Positions 34,480-42,005 of a stretch of 42,005 bases of DNA are shown here, piece by piece; positions within the stretch are counted from its first letter, which is position 1; each line of letters opens with the position of its first letter. A program made the translations under genes and the position numbers. The DNA comes from Planctomycetota bacterium (GTDB lineage: Bacteria; Planctomycetota; Planctomycetia; Pirellulales; UBA1268): the NCBI GenBank assembly GCA_046090525.1, contig JBJTAA010000342.1, positions 1-42,005 on the forward strand, written 5' to 3'. Under the pieces are notes generated by a model. It was given only the letters and a program-made list of their open reading frames with translations. It was not told where the DNA came from and did no database searches.

Positions 34480-36324
34480 ATGCCTGCAATCACCAGCGAG
34501 CCGTCGTCGACGTCAGCGGGCACCGCCACGGCCGCCCCGGGGGCGGACTGGATCGCCGCAGCGCTGCTCCTCGTGCCGTCGTTGGTCGCCGTGTGGATCT
34601 CGGCGGGGCTCGTGACCGACATCCCCTGGGGCGATCATCTCACACTCGTTCGCGATACGCGGGTTCTCGAGGGAGTCACGCTCGAGAGCCTCTGGCGGTT
34701 TCACAACGAGCACCTGATCGTGCCGACCCGGCTGGCGGTGGCGGCCGACTATTGGCTCTGGCATGGTGCGAACGCGCTGCCCGCCCTCTGGAGCCTGCTC
34801 TTCGTGGTGGGAATCATCGCCGTCGAAGCACGTGTGTTCCGCCGGGCCGTGCCGGGGCTCGGCTCGGCGCAGGCGGCCGTGGTGACGGCACTGCTGGCTG
34901 CCATCCTGCTCAACGGCCGGCTGACATGGACGCTCACGTTTCCGATCCTGCTGCCGCACGCCTCGGCCAACTTTTTCGTGGTGGCGACGCTCGCGGCCTT
35001 CGCCACGCTCGCGGCGGGGACGGCGGTGTCGCGGCGGCTGGCCGGGGCGGCCTGCCTGGCCGGCGCCGGACTGGCCGCGATCTCGGCCGCCAGCGGCGTC
35101 TTCGCCCTGCCTGCGGCCACCGCCGCGACGATCCTGCTGGCGACGATCTCCCCGACCCTCCGGCGGTGCCCGTGGCGCGGGGCGACGATCGCTGCCGCAG
35201 CGGCCGGACTGCTCATCGTCGCGGGCTATGCGGTGGCCTATGCGACCACCGCGGCCGCCGGCCCGCGGTCGGTGCCCAACCTGCCGCAGGCACTCCGGTT
35301 CGCCATCTACTTTCCGGGCGGCGCCTGGTTTCGGAATAGTACCTGGCCGATCGAGCATTTCGCCGATCCGTTGCTGTTGCACGCGGTGGTGCTCGGGTTC
35401 TGGCTCGTCCTTGCGTTCCTCGGCTGGCGCATCTGGCAGCGGCGGCACGAACTCGGCGAGTTCGAGATCTTCCACGTGTCGGTGGTCGCCTTCGTCGTCA
35501 TCACCGCGGGGGTCGGGGGGCTGTTTCGCGCGGATCTCGGGTATTTCGAGGCGCTGAGCAAAAAATACGCCACCACGGCCTTGCTCGCCTGGGCCTCGGT
35601 GACGTCGCTGGTCGTCCGCGAGGCGGTCGGCTGGCTGTTTGCGCCAGGCTTCCGAGGTGATGTGCGACAGCTCGCCACGGCGGTTGCCGTGAGCGCGGCG
35701 ATCCTGCCGGGCGACCTGGTCGAGTTCCGGGCCTGGCAGACCTGGCAGAGCCAACTCCGCGCGGCCGCCATGGCCTATGCCGCCGGAGCACGGAGCGACG
35801 AGGTGCTGCTCCGATTTTTCCCCAACGCACGCGAAGCGGAGCGGCTGCTGGCGCCGATCGCCGCCGACCGGGCGTATTGGTTTCGGCACGCCGCCACCAC
35901 CGCTCCCGTGCCGGCGTTCGAGGCCGCGGATCGGCCCGGCCACCGCCTGGCCCGCGTGCCCGATCACGAGGACTATGCGCTCGAGTTCATCAACGAGCAG
36001 CGCGAGCCGCTCGGTCGGCCGCCGACCCGGATCGGGGCCGCCGACGCGGTGTCGGTGCGGGGCTGGGCCGTCGATCGGGAGGCTGGCCGCGGGGCAGCGG
36101 TCGAACTCGTCGTCGCCGGCCGCCGGTTTCAGGCCGAGCACGGGCTGCCGCGCCTCGATGTGGCGGAGTATTTTTCCCAACCCGGGTTCGCGACCAGCGG
36201 GTTCCAGTGTCTGCTGCCCGCCGGCACGCTGCCCCCGGGTGAGCACGAACTCAGGCTCCGGATCCTGCTCTCCGACGGCGCGCAGTTTCTCGAGACACCC
36301 GCCTACCGGCTCGTCATCGAGTGA
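34480..36324 (+). CDS. Polytopic membrane protein with HNEH motif and ~115-aa C-terminal soluble beta-rich domain (614 aa)
   Basis: SLWRFHNEHLIVPTRL is paralogous to the motif in 31461..32876. About 11 TM helices are present. The C-terminus reads VRGWAVDREAG...LPRLDVAEYF...SGFQCLLP. Confidence 0.7.
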   Translation: MPAITSEPSSTSAGTATAAPGADWIAAALLLVPSLVAVWISAGLVTDIPWGDHLTLVRDTRVLEGVTLESLWRFHNEHLIVPTRLAVAADYWLWHGANALPALWSLLFVVGIIAVEARVFRRAVPGLGSAQAAVVTALLAAILLNGRLTWTLTFPILLPHASANFFVVATLAAFATLAAGTAVSRRLAGAACLAGAGLAAISAASGVFALPAATAATILLATISPTLRRCPWRGATIAAAAAGLLIVAGYAVAYATTAAAGPRSVPNLPQALRFAIYFPGGAWFRNSTWPIEHFADPLLLHAVVLGFWLVLAFLGWRIWQRRHELGEFEIFHVSVVAFVVITAGVGGLFRADLGYFEALSKKYATTALLAWASVTSLVVREAVGWLFAPGFRGDVRQLATAVAVSAAILPGDLVEFRAWQTWQSQLRAAAMAYAAGARSDEVLLRFFPNAREAERLLAPIAADRAYWFRHAATTAPVPAFEAADRPGHRLARVPDHEDYALEFINEQREPLGRPPTRIGAADAVSVRGWAVDREAGRGAAVELVVAGRRFQAEHGLPRLDVAEYFSQPGFATSGFQCLLPAGTLPPGEHELRLRILLSDGAQFLETPAYRLVIE

Positions 36325-36333
36325 CCGGGCGGG

Positions 36334-37590
36334 CTACCGCGCGAGGCGCCGCAGCACCCCCGCCACGCCCTCGGTCCGCAGCACCTCCCAGGCGCGGCGG
36401 GCGATGCGGCTGCGGTAGCCCGGTTCGGCGACGGCGCGGGTGAGCACGCCCCGCAGGCCGGCGCGCGGCGATCCGGCAGCGCCGCCGCGGAACCCCGGAG
36501 ACAGCCGGGCGAAGAGCGATTGCAGCCCATCGGCCACGGTCGCCTCGTCGAACAGGATCGGATACTCGATCCGCCCCTGGGACTCCCACCAGCGTTTGAA
36601 GCCGCCGGCTTGGAACGGATCTGGAAAGGCCGCCTGCAGGTCGACGCGCTCGCGGTACACGATCCGCGCAGCGGCGGGCACCGGGGTGCCGTCCGAGAAA
36701 CTGCCGAACGCCCAGGGCGCCTGCGACAGCGGGTCGCGGCCGAAGTCCGCGATCGCGGCGGCGTACCAGGTGATCAGGCCCTGCACCGCGGGCTGGTCTG
36801 CAGCGTGCTTCCAGGCCATCTCCCGATGGGCCCCGGAATCGAAGCCGGTGAAGTGGTAGAAGCCCAGCGGTTCGCCGTCCACGAGCACGTCGCCGGGGGC
36901 GCTGCCCGTCACCCGTCGTCGTGAAACGTTCCACGAGGCCACGTTGAGGCGGCTCGAGCGGAGAATGCAGGTGCCGGGGAAGAACGCGGGCACGAGATCG
37001 ATCCAGCGCTGGTCCGTGAACAGGCCATGCGGGATCGCATCACGGCAGAAGTGGTAGCAGCGATCGGCCCACCAGGCGGCGAAGTCACGGCCCGTGTCGG
37101 TGGCGGCCACGGCGAGGAACCCCAGATTGTAGATGCCGTGCTTGAGGGAGGCGATCTCGTTGTCCATCACCCCCTCGAGGCTCTCGTCGGGAACGGTGAG
37201 GTGGGGCGTGAGGGCCACGTTCGCGGCGGCCAACGCCTCGTCCACCTCGACCAGCGGCGAGAAGAGCACCGTGTCGGGGTCGAGGTAGACGACGCCCCGG
37301 CAGTCGGGGCGAGCGAGCAGCTGCCTCAGCAGAAAAGGCTTGATGGCCGTCGCGAGCTCCACGATCCGGTGGCAGAAGGCCCAGCCGCGGTGGTCCGGGA
37401 TGTCGAGTGCCGCGAGCGGATGGACTTCGTCGAATCCTTCACGACTCAGATCGATCCCCGCCGGCATCTCGTCGGCCAGCGCGAGATGGATTCGCCAGTC
37501 CGGTTGGTGGCGGCGGATCGAGGCCACCAGGGCCCTCACCTTGGGCACGTAGTTGCAGGCGGCGCTCGTGAAGACGTGGATCGTGCTCAC
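36334..37590 (-). CDS. GT-A fold glycosyltransferase, GT8-like (418 aa)
   Basis: The N-terminus is IHVFTSAACNYVPKVRALVASI, the DxD motif is VVYLDPDTVLFSP, and TDQRWIDL is present. The GTG start overlaps the upstream stop (GTGA). Confidence 0.7.
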   Translation of the reverse strand: MSTIHVFTSAACNYVPKVRALVASIRRHQPDWRIHLALADEMPAGIDLSREGFDEVHPLAALDIPDHRGWAFCHRIVELATAIKPFLLRQLLARPDCRGVVYLDPDTVLFSPLVEVDEALAAANVALTPHLTVPDESLEGVMDNEIASLKHGIYNLGFLAVAATDTGRDFAAWWADRCYHFCRDAIPHGLFTDQRWIDLVPAFFPGTCILRSSRLNVASWNVSRRRVTGSAPGDVLVDGEPLGFYHFTGFDSGAHREMAWKHAADQPAVQGLITWYAAAIADFGRDPLSQAPWAFGSFSDGTPVPAAARIVYRERVDLQAAFPDPFQAGGFKRWWESQGRIEYPILFDEATVADGLQSLFARLSPGFRGGAAGSPRAGLRGVLTRAVAEPGYRSRIARRAWEVLRTEGVAGVLRRLAR

Positions 37591-39197
37591 GCGGGGGCTC
37601 CGAGGCGTTGATCTGCGAGGTCGGCGGCGAAGGCGAGAAGCTCGGCGAGCAGGCCAGGGCCGTCGCTCCGGGGCGACACACGGCCGAGCGGATGACCGCG
37701 GGCGAGGTCCGCCGGCGCGCCGAGATCGAGCGTCATCAGGGGGAGGCCCATCGCCAGCGTCTCATGGGCCACGAAGGAGAACGTTTCCGGGCAGATCGAG
37801 GGGAGCAGGACGAGATGGACGCCATGCCGCTCGACGAGTCCCGGCAGTTCCGCGGGGCGATAGGCGCCCGTCTCGCTCACGATCTCACGCGGACAGGGGG
37901 CGTCGAGATGGCCGATGACGACGATTCGCACCGGCTTGCCGGCCGCCTCGATCGCCCGCGCCAGGTCGGCGACCACGCCGGCTCCCTTGTGGTGCGAGAT
38001 CGCCCCGATCACGCCGACGACGAGCGGGTCGCCGGGCACGGGGGCCGAGCGGCGGACCCGGCGGAGCGGCGCCACGTCGTGCGGCACTACGGTCGCCCGC
38101 GGGCCGACTGCGGGATAGGCCCGTGTCAGCAGTCTCCGCGACGAGTCGGAGAAGCAGCGAATCTCGTCGGCGGCCTCGAGCAGTCCTCCCCAGACCCGCC
38201 TCCACTCGTCGATCGACGTGCAGCCGGCCAGCGACACGAAGCCGTCCTCGTGCTTCGGCAGGCAGGCCCGACAGCGGTCGAGATCGGGCACCCCGCAGAA
38301 GCTGCCGCGGTCGTCGAGGAGGAAGGCCGCCGGGCAAACGGTGAAGTAGTCGTGGATCAAGACCTCGAGCCGGACGCCGCGCCGACGGGCGCTGTCGCGC
38401 AGGAAGCGGCCCAGGTCGAGCGGCCTCGGGAAGGAGACGCCGCAGTTGTAGACGACCCGCATGAGGCGGCCGCCGGCGAGCGCGGCGGCGAGCGCATCGA
38501 GGTCCGCGACGGCGAAGCCGCGGGGTGGACGGCCAGCCTCGTGCACCTCGGCCCGCAGCGAGAGCGACGAGACGACGAACGTCAGGAGCACGACGGTGGC
38601 GTCGCCGGCGAGCGCGTCGGCGACCAACCGGTCGCGATGGGCGTTGGCACCACCTCCCATGGCATGATCGACCACGAGGGTGAGGGAGCGGCCCCGGATC
38701 GCGGTCGTCAGTTCGCTTTCCGGCATGGTCGCGATGGCGGCACGGGAGCGATGCCGGAAGTCACGGAGTTTGCCGAGCAGGGCCCGCAGGCGGCCCTGGC
38801 GGAGGTGGATCCAGCCGCGGCGCAGGAGATAGGACCAGCCCACGCCGGCCGGTTGCCGCGGGGCGTCGGTGGGTGGTAGGGCGAGCGGCACGATCTCCCG
38901 GCCGCCGTCGGTCAAGTCGAACTCGATCGCCGCCGAGCGGGGCGGAGCGGCGGGCCAGCCGGCCAGAACCAAGAAGCCCGCATTGACCGCATGTGGATTG
39001 TGGGGAAATGCGGCGGCCACGTCTTCCCGGGCCCGGTCGATCGAGATGGCCACGCGCCGTGACGAGCCATCGGGAAAGTCGAGCACCAGTCGGGCGGTGG
39101 CGACTCTGCAGCGGGGCGGCACGGCCCAGCCGAAACCGAACAGGGCGTCGTCGCGGACCGCGAGATGGTCGAGTTGGCAGAGGAACGCGTCGCTCAT
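37587..39197 (-). CDS. Glycosyltransferase family 4/1 with N-terminal beta-rich accessory domain (536 aa)
   Basis: The C-terminal E-x7-E motif is CPETFSFVAHETLAMGLPLM. The N-terminus FGFGWAVPP...DRAREDVAAAF...AGF resembles the C-terminal domain of ORF 34480..36324. Its ATG overlaps the upstream stop (ATGA). Confidence 0.8.
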   Translation of the reverse strand: MSDAFLCQLDHLAVRDDALFGFGWAVPPRCRVATARLVLDFPDGSSRRVAISIDRAREDVAAAFPHNPHAVNAGFLVLAGWPAAPPRSAAIEFDLTDGGREIVPLALPPTDAPRQPAGVGWSYLLRRGWIHLRQGRLRALLGKLRDFRHRSRAAIATMPESELTTAIRGRSLTLVVDHAMGGGANAHRDRLVADALAGDATVVLLTFVVSSLSLRAEVHEAGRPPRGFAVADLDALAAALAGGRLMRVVYNCGVSFPRPLDLGRFLRDSARRRGVRLEVLIHDYFTVCPAAFLLDDRGSFCGVPDLDRCRACLPKHEDGFVSLAGCTSIDEWRRVWGGLLEAADEIRCFSDSSRRLLTRAYPAVGPRATVVPHDVAPLRRVRRSAPVPGDPLVVGVIGAISHHKGAGVVADLARAIEAAGKPVRIVVIGHLDAPCPREIVSETGAYRPAELPGLVERHGVHLVLLPSICPETFSFVAHETLAMGLPLMTLDLGAPADLARGHPLGRVSPRSDGPGLLAELLAFAADLADQRLGAPA

Positions 39198-41563
39198 CCG
39201 AAACGGTCCTCGGCTGCGGGTGGAAGCCTGCCCGGGAAGGCTTCGAGTTGGCGGGTGAGTTCCTCGATTCGGGAAAGCCGAGCGCGGGCCAGATCCTCGG
39301 TGGCCGCCAGGGCGGCGGCCGTCGCGTGCAACTGCCTGTCGAGCGCTTCGAGTGCCGAGAGCCGCTCGATCGCGAGCCGCTCGGCCTCGCCGTGCGCCGC
39401 TGTGGCGGCGCGAAGCTGCCCGTCCAGGGCTTCGATCTCTGCCAGCCGGGCGGTGGCCAGGCTTTCAGCGGCGGACTGGGCGTGTGACAGGCGGGTGATG
39501 TCGGTCAGCCGCTCCTCGGCGAGCCGGCGGGCCTCGGCGAGGGCGGCGTCGAGTCGGTCATTGTGGACGAGCCGTTCGTGGGCCACGCGGGTGGCCTCAC
39601 CGAGGGCGTTGTCGAGCGTGGCGATGTGCTCGAGCCGTTCGTCGGCGAGCCGGCGGGCCTCGGCGAGGGCGGCGTCGAGTCGGTCATTGTGGTCGAGTCG
39701 TTCGTGGGCCAGCCGCTGGGCGTCTGCGAGTGCCGTCGTGAGCCTGCCGGCCTCCGTCTCGCGCTCGCGGACGATCCGCTGGGCCTCCCCCAGGGCCGCA
39801 TCGAGCCGGGCCAGTTCGAGACGCAGTGCGTCGGCGGCGGCGATCCGCCCGGCGTCGCTCCGCCTGAGTTCGACGAACACGCGGTGCAGTTCTGCGGGGC
39901 CCCGGCAGGCGACCCGCGCCGCCGCGATGACGTCGCGGGCCGCCGCGAGCAGGTCGTCGTGGCGAAACCGGGCGATCGTCGTGTCGTAGGCGGGGTACTT
40001 GCGGCGCAGAACCTCTCCGGCCCGCCGCTGGAGCGCCTCAGTCTCCGCCAGGAAACTCACCCGTCCGTGATGCAACACGAACACGTCGGCGGCGAGGACG
40101 TTGCGCCAGCCACGGGCGACGGCCCGCAGGCTGAAGTCGTTCTCCTCGCCGTATCCCCGCCCGAAGAGCAGTTCGTCGAAAAAGCCGACATCCTCGAGGC
40201 AGTCGCGGCGCAGATACATGCAGAAACCAACGGCCGTGGGGATGTCCACGATCCACCCGGCGTTGGCCTCGCGAAACAAGGCGTCGAGCGCTGCAGCCGT
40301 CCAGCCGGAAGGGAGTTCGTTGTCGGTGAACGGGACCGGATAACTCGCCAACGTGGCGTTGTTCGAGAACGGGGTCACGGTGCCCACGAAGTCACCGTCC
40401 GCGGCCGCCCGCAGCCGCTCGAGCCAGCCTGGCGGCACGACCGTGTCGGCGTTGAGCAGCACCACGTCGCGGTCCGGGTGGAGCCTCATGCCACGGTTGG
40501 CCGCAGCCACGAAGCCGAGGTTCGATTCATGCTCGAGAAGCGTAAACTCGCCCCGGCCGGCCCGGTGCCGCAGCGCCGCGGCGAGTTCGGGCTCCGGTGT
40601 GGCATCGTCGATCACCACCAACTCGAAGTCGCCGCCGCCAGCGAGCACGGAATCGATGCAGGCGAACGTCGCCTCGCGTCCGCGGTGAACCGGCACGACC
40701 ACGTCGACCGGCGCCGTCCGGCGCCGCGAGTTTCGCCGTGCCGTCACGAGTTCCTCGAGGCCGGCGGCGATGATCGTGAGTTCGTCGCCGACGGCGGCGT
40801 CGCCGGCGGCGAGTCGTTCGAGGCAGGCGTGGCAGCGGGCGGCCAGCCGGCCTGCGGGTGTCTCTAGCCGCGGGTCATCGGCCTTGGCCTGGTGATGGAG
40901 GAGGTCGGCCGCGACGAACGCGTCGATCGCCCGACGGGCGTCGGCGGCCAGCGGAGCGTCCTCACCCAGCCAGGCGCGGAGTTCCGTCACGAACCCGAGG
41001 CCATCCTGGATCAGCCGCCGCAGGGGCGTGACGAGCAACCTGTCTCCCAGGAGGGGCCGCACCGCCTCGAGGTTGTGGTACAGCCACAACAGCAGTGCCT
41101 GCTCGGCGGGCATCTGGTTGCGGATTGCGAGCGAGTCGGCGACCTCGAGGGGATGGCGAAACACGTGCAGGAAGCGCGACTCGGCTCCGATCGCCGCCGC
41201 GGCGCGTTCCCAGAAGGGCCAGAGCCGGCAGAGCCGGGGATCCTTGATGCCCCACAGCGGAGAATCGGAGAAGTCGCGGGCGAGCGTCTCGGTGGCCTGT
41301 TCGGCGAGCAGGCCCAAACGCGGATGCATGAGCCAATCGGCCGGCAGCGGGGTGGGCACGTGCCAGGCGAGCGAGAGCGCTGTGAGCAGCCGTTCGTCGA
41401 TCGCGAGCACATCGCGATGCTCCCAGAAGCCGCGCGGGTTCTCGATCTCCTCTCCCACCATCAGGTTGCGGCCGAGATCGACGCCGGCCAAGCGCGCGAG
41501 CCCCGCGGCCAACGAGGTGCCGCTGCGGTGCATGCCCAGGATGAACAGGGCCCGGCCAGGCAT
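39194..41563 (-). CDS. Trifunctional-looking protein (789 aa): sulfotransferase domain, GT2 domain and C-terminal repetitive coiled coil
   Basis: The sulfotransferase motifs are FILGMHRSGTSLAAGLA and ENPRGFWEH, paralogous to 23835..25289. GT2 motifs are VDVVVPVHRGREATFACIDSVL, VVIDDATPEP and LNADTVV. The last ~250 aa are Ala/Leu/Arg/Glu-rich with 21-aa periodicity. The start was moved to ATG 41563. Confidence 0.85.
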   Translation of the reverse strand: MPGRALFILGMHRSGTSLAAGLARLAGVDLGRNLMVGEEIENPRGFWEHRDVLAIDERLLTALSLAWHVPTPLPADWLMHPRLGLLAEQATETLARDFSDSPLWGIKDPRLCRLWPFWERAAAAIGAESRFLHVFRHPLEVADSLAIRNQMPAEQALLLWLYHNLEAVRPLLGDRLLVTPLRRLIQDGLGFVTELRAWLGEDAPLAADARRAIDAFVAADLLHHQAKADDPRLETPAGRLAARCHACLERLAAGDAAVGDELTIIAAGLEELVTARRNSRRRTAPVDVVVPVHRGREATFACIDSVLAGGGDFELVVIDDATPEPELAAALRHRAGRGEFTLLEHESNLGFVAAANRGMRLHPDRDVVLLNADTVVPPGWLERLRAAADGDFVGTVTPFSNNATLASYPVPFTDNELPSGWTAAALDALFREANAGWIVDIPTAVGFCMYLRRDCLEDVGFFDELLFGRGYGEENDFSLRAVARGWRNVLAADVFVLHHGRVSFLAETEALQRRAGEVLRRKYPAYDTTIARFRHDDLLAAARDVIAAARVACRGPAELHRVFVELRRSDAGRIAAADALRLELARLDAALGEAQRIVRERETEAGRLTTALADAQRLAHERLDHNDRLDAALAEARRLADERLEHIATLDNALGEATRVAHERLVHNDRLDAALAEARRLAEERLTDITRLSHAQSAAESLATARLAEIEALDGQLRAATAAHGEAERLAIERLSALEALDRQLHATAAALAATEDLARARLSRIEELTRQLEAFPGRLPPAAEDRFG
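39516..39692 (-). repeat. 126-bp (42-aa) direct coding repeat in the coiled coil
   Basis: A 51-nt block (39516-39566) is identical to 39642-39692, and similarity extends ~20 nt further. The protein units are AHERL(D/V)HNDRLDAALAEARRLA(D/E)ERL.... Confidence 0.85.
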
Positions 41564-41706
41564 CGAGAGAGGGCCCGCCGCGAGGGGCGGGATCACAAGG
41601 GGCGACGTGCACGGGCGACCACCGCTCGGGGGCCCGCAAGGAAAGCCTACCTCGCGGATTTCACCGCTGCGGCACGGGGGTTGCCGGCCCGCTGCGGTCC
41701 CCGGGT

Positions 41707-42005
41707 TCACCGGGCCGGAAACAGCGGCGCTGCCGCGTCACGCGGCGACAGGACCGGCTCGGCCGTGAGCGGCCAACGAATCGCGAGCGTCGGGTCGTCC
41801 CAGCGGATGCACTTCTCACAGCCGGGCGCATAGAACGCAGTCGTCTTGTAGAGCACCTCGGCGGTGGCGGAGAGCACGAGGAACCCGTGGGCCAGCCCCT
41901 CGGGCACCCACAGCTGGCGCCGGTTTTCCGCCGACAACTCGACCCCCACCCAGCGGCTGAAGGTCGGCGACCCGGGGCGGATGTCCGCGGCCACGTCGAA
42001 GATCG
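41707..42005 (-). CDS. rfbC: dTDP-4-dehydrorhamnose 3,5-epimerase, C-terminal part (5' end beyond window)
   Basis: ...VAADIRPGSPTFSRWVGVELSAENRRQLWVPEGLAHGFLVLSATAEVLYKTTAFYAP...IRWDDP matches the RmlC cupin core. The reading frame stays open to the window edge. Confidence 0.93.
   Translation of the reverse strand, partial: IFDVAADIRPGSPTFSRWVGVELSAENRRQLWVPEGLAHGFLVLSATAEVLYKTTAFYAPGCEKCIRWDDPTLAIRWPLTAEPVLSPRDAAAPLFPAR

Noticed and set aside
41564-41710. N-terminal extensions offered by the ORF track. Examples are 41710 for the sulfoT-GT2 gene, 20652 for the SDR, 22468 and 21245 for the GT2 genes, 5140 for groES, 11974 for the peroxiredoxin, 12315 for dgkA, 10143 for bioD, 25352 for the sulfotransferase and 21813 for wzm.
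   Set aside because: The extra residues are Arg/Pro/Gly-rich and precede the point where family-typical N-termini begin. They often overlap neighbouring genes or intergenic promoters. Internal ATG or GTG starts with plausible RBS or family-consistent lengths were preferred.

Overview
This is a 42-kb, very GC-rich bacterial chromosomal window. Third codon positions are almost all G/C, so many long ORFs in the six-frame track are antisense shadow ORFs. No similarity search was possible, so every call rests on motifs read directly in the translations or DNA. The gene content (orphan RsbW/STAS pair, PQQ propeller, sulfotransferases, giant multidomain glycosyltransferases) is reminiscent of Planctomycetota-like genomes, but that is inference only.

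Layout:
1. 203-274: tRNA-Asn(GUU).
2. 500-4277: a tightly coupled two-gene operon. It encodes an Orc1/Cdc6-like P-loop ATPase and a soluble FtsK/SpoIIIE-type motor with an N-terminal RecB/Cas4-like nuclease-type motif set. I do not recognise the pair as any named system, and it is my top candidate for an undescribed DNA-targeting (defence-type) module.
3. 4.3-17.2 kb: a housekeeping and accessory mix. It contains an RsbW-like kinase plus STAS antagonist, groES-groEL, feoA-feoB plus a small membrane ORF, bioD, a GalT-like HIT enzyme, a peroxiredoxin, dgkA, aqpZ, a secreted PQQ-type beta-propeller, a prokaryotic pentameric ligand-gated-channel-like protein and hisI.
4. 17.2 kb to the window end: a roughly 25-kb ABC-transporter-dependent glycan (O-antigen/capsule-like) cluster. 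It contains a WaaL-like ligase::TPR fusion, an SDR epimerase, several GT2/GT4/GT8-like enzymes, wzm-wzt, a 1442-aa WbsX+GT2+GT4 enzyme, a methyltransferase, three polytopic GT-C-like membrane proteins and rfbC (truncated at the window edge). It also holds two paralogous sulfotransferase proteins with long repetitive C-terminal coiled coils, which may act as chain terminators or molecular rulers.

A 79-bp palindromic REP/MITE-like element occurs twice in inverted orientation, both times at convergent gene ends. No CRISPR array, rRNA, transposase or integrase was seen.
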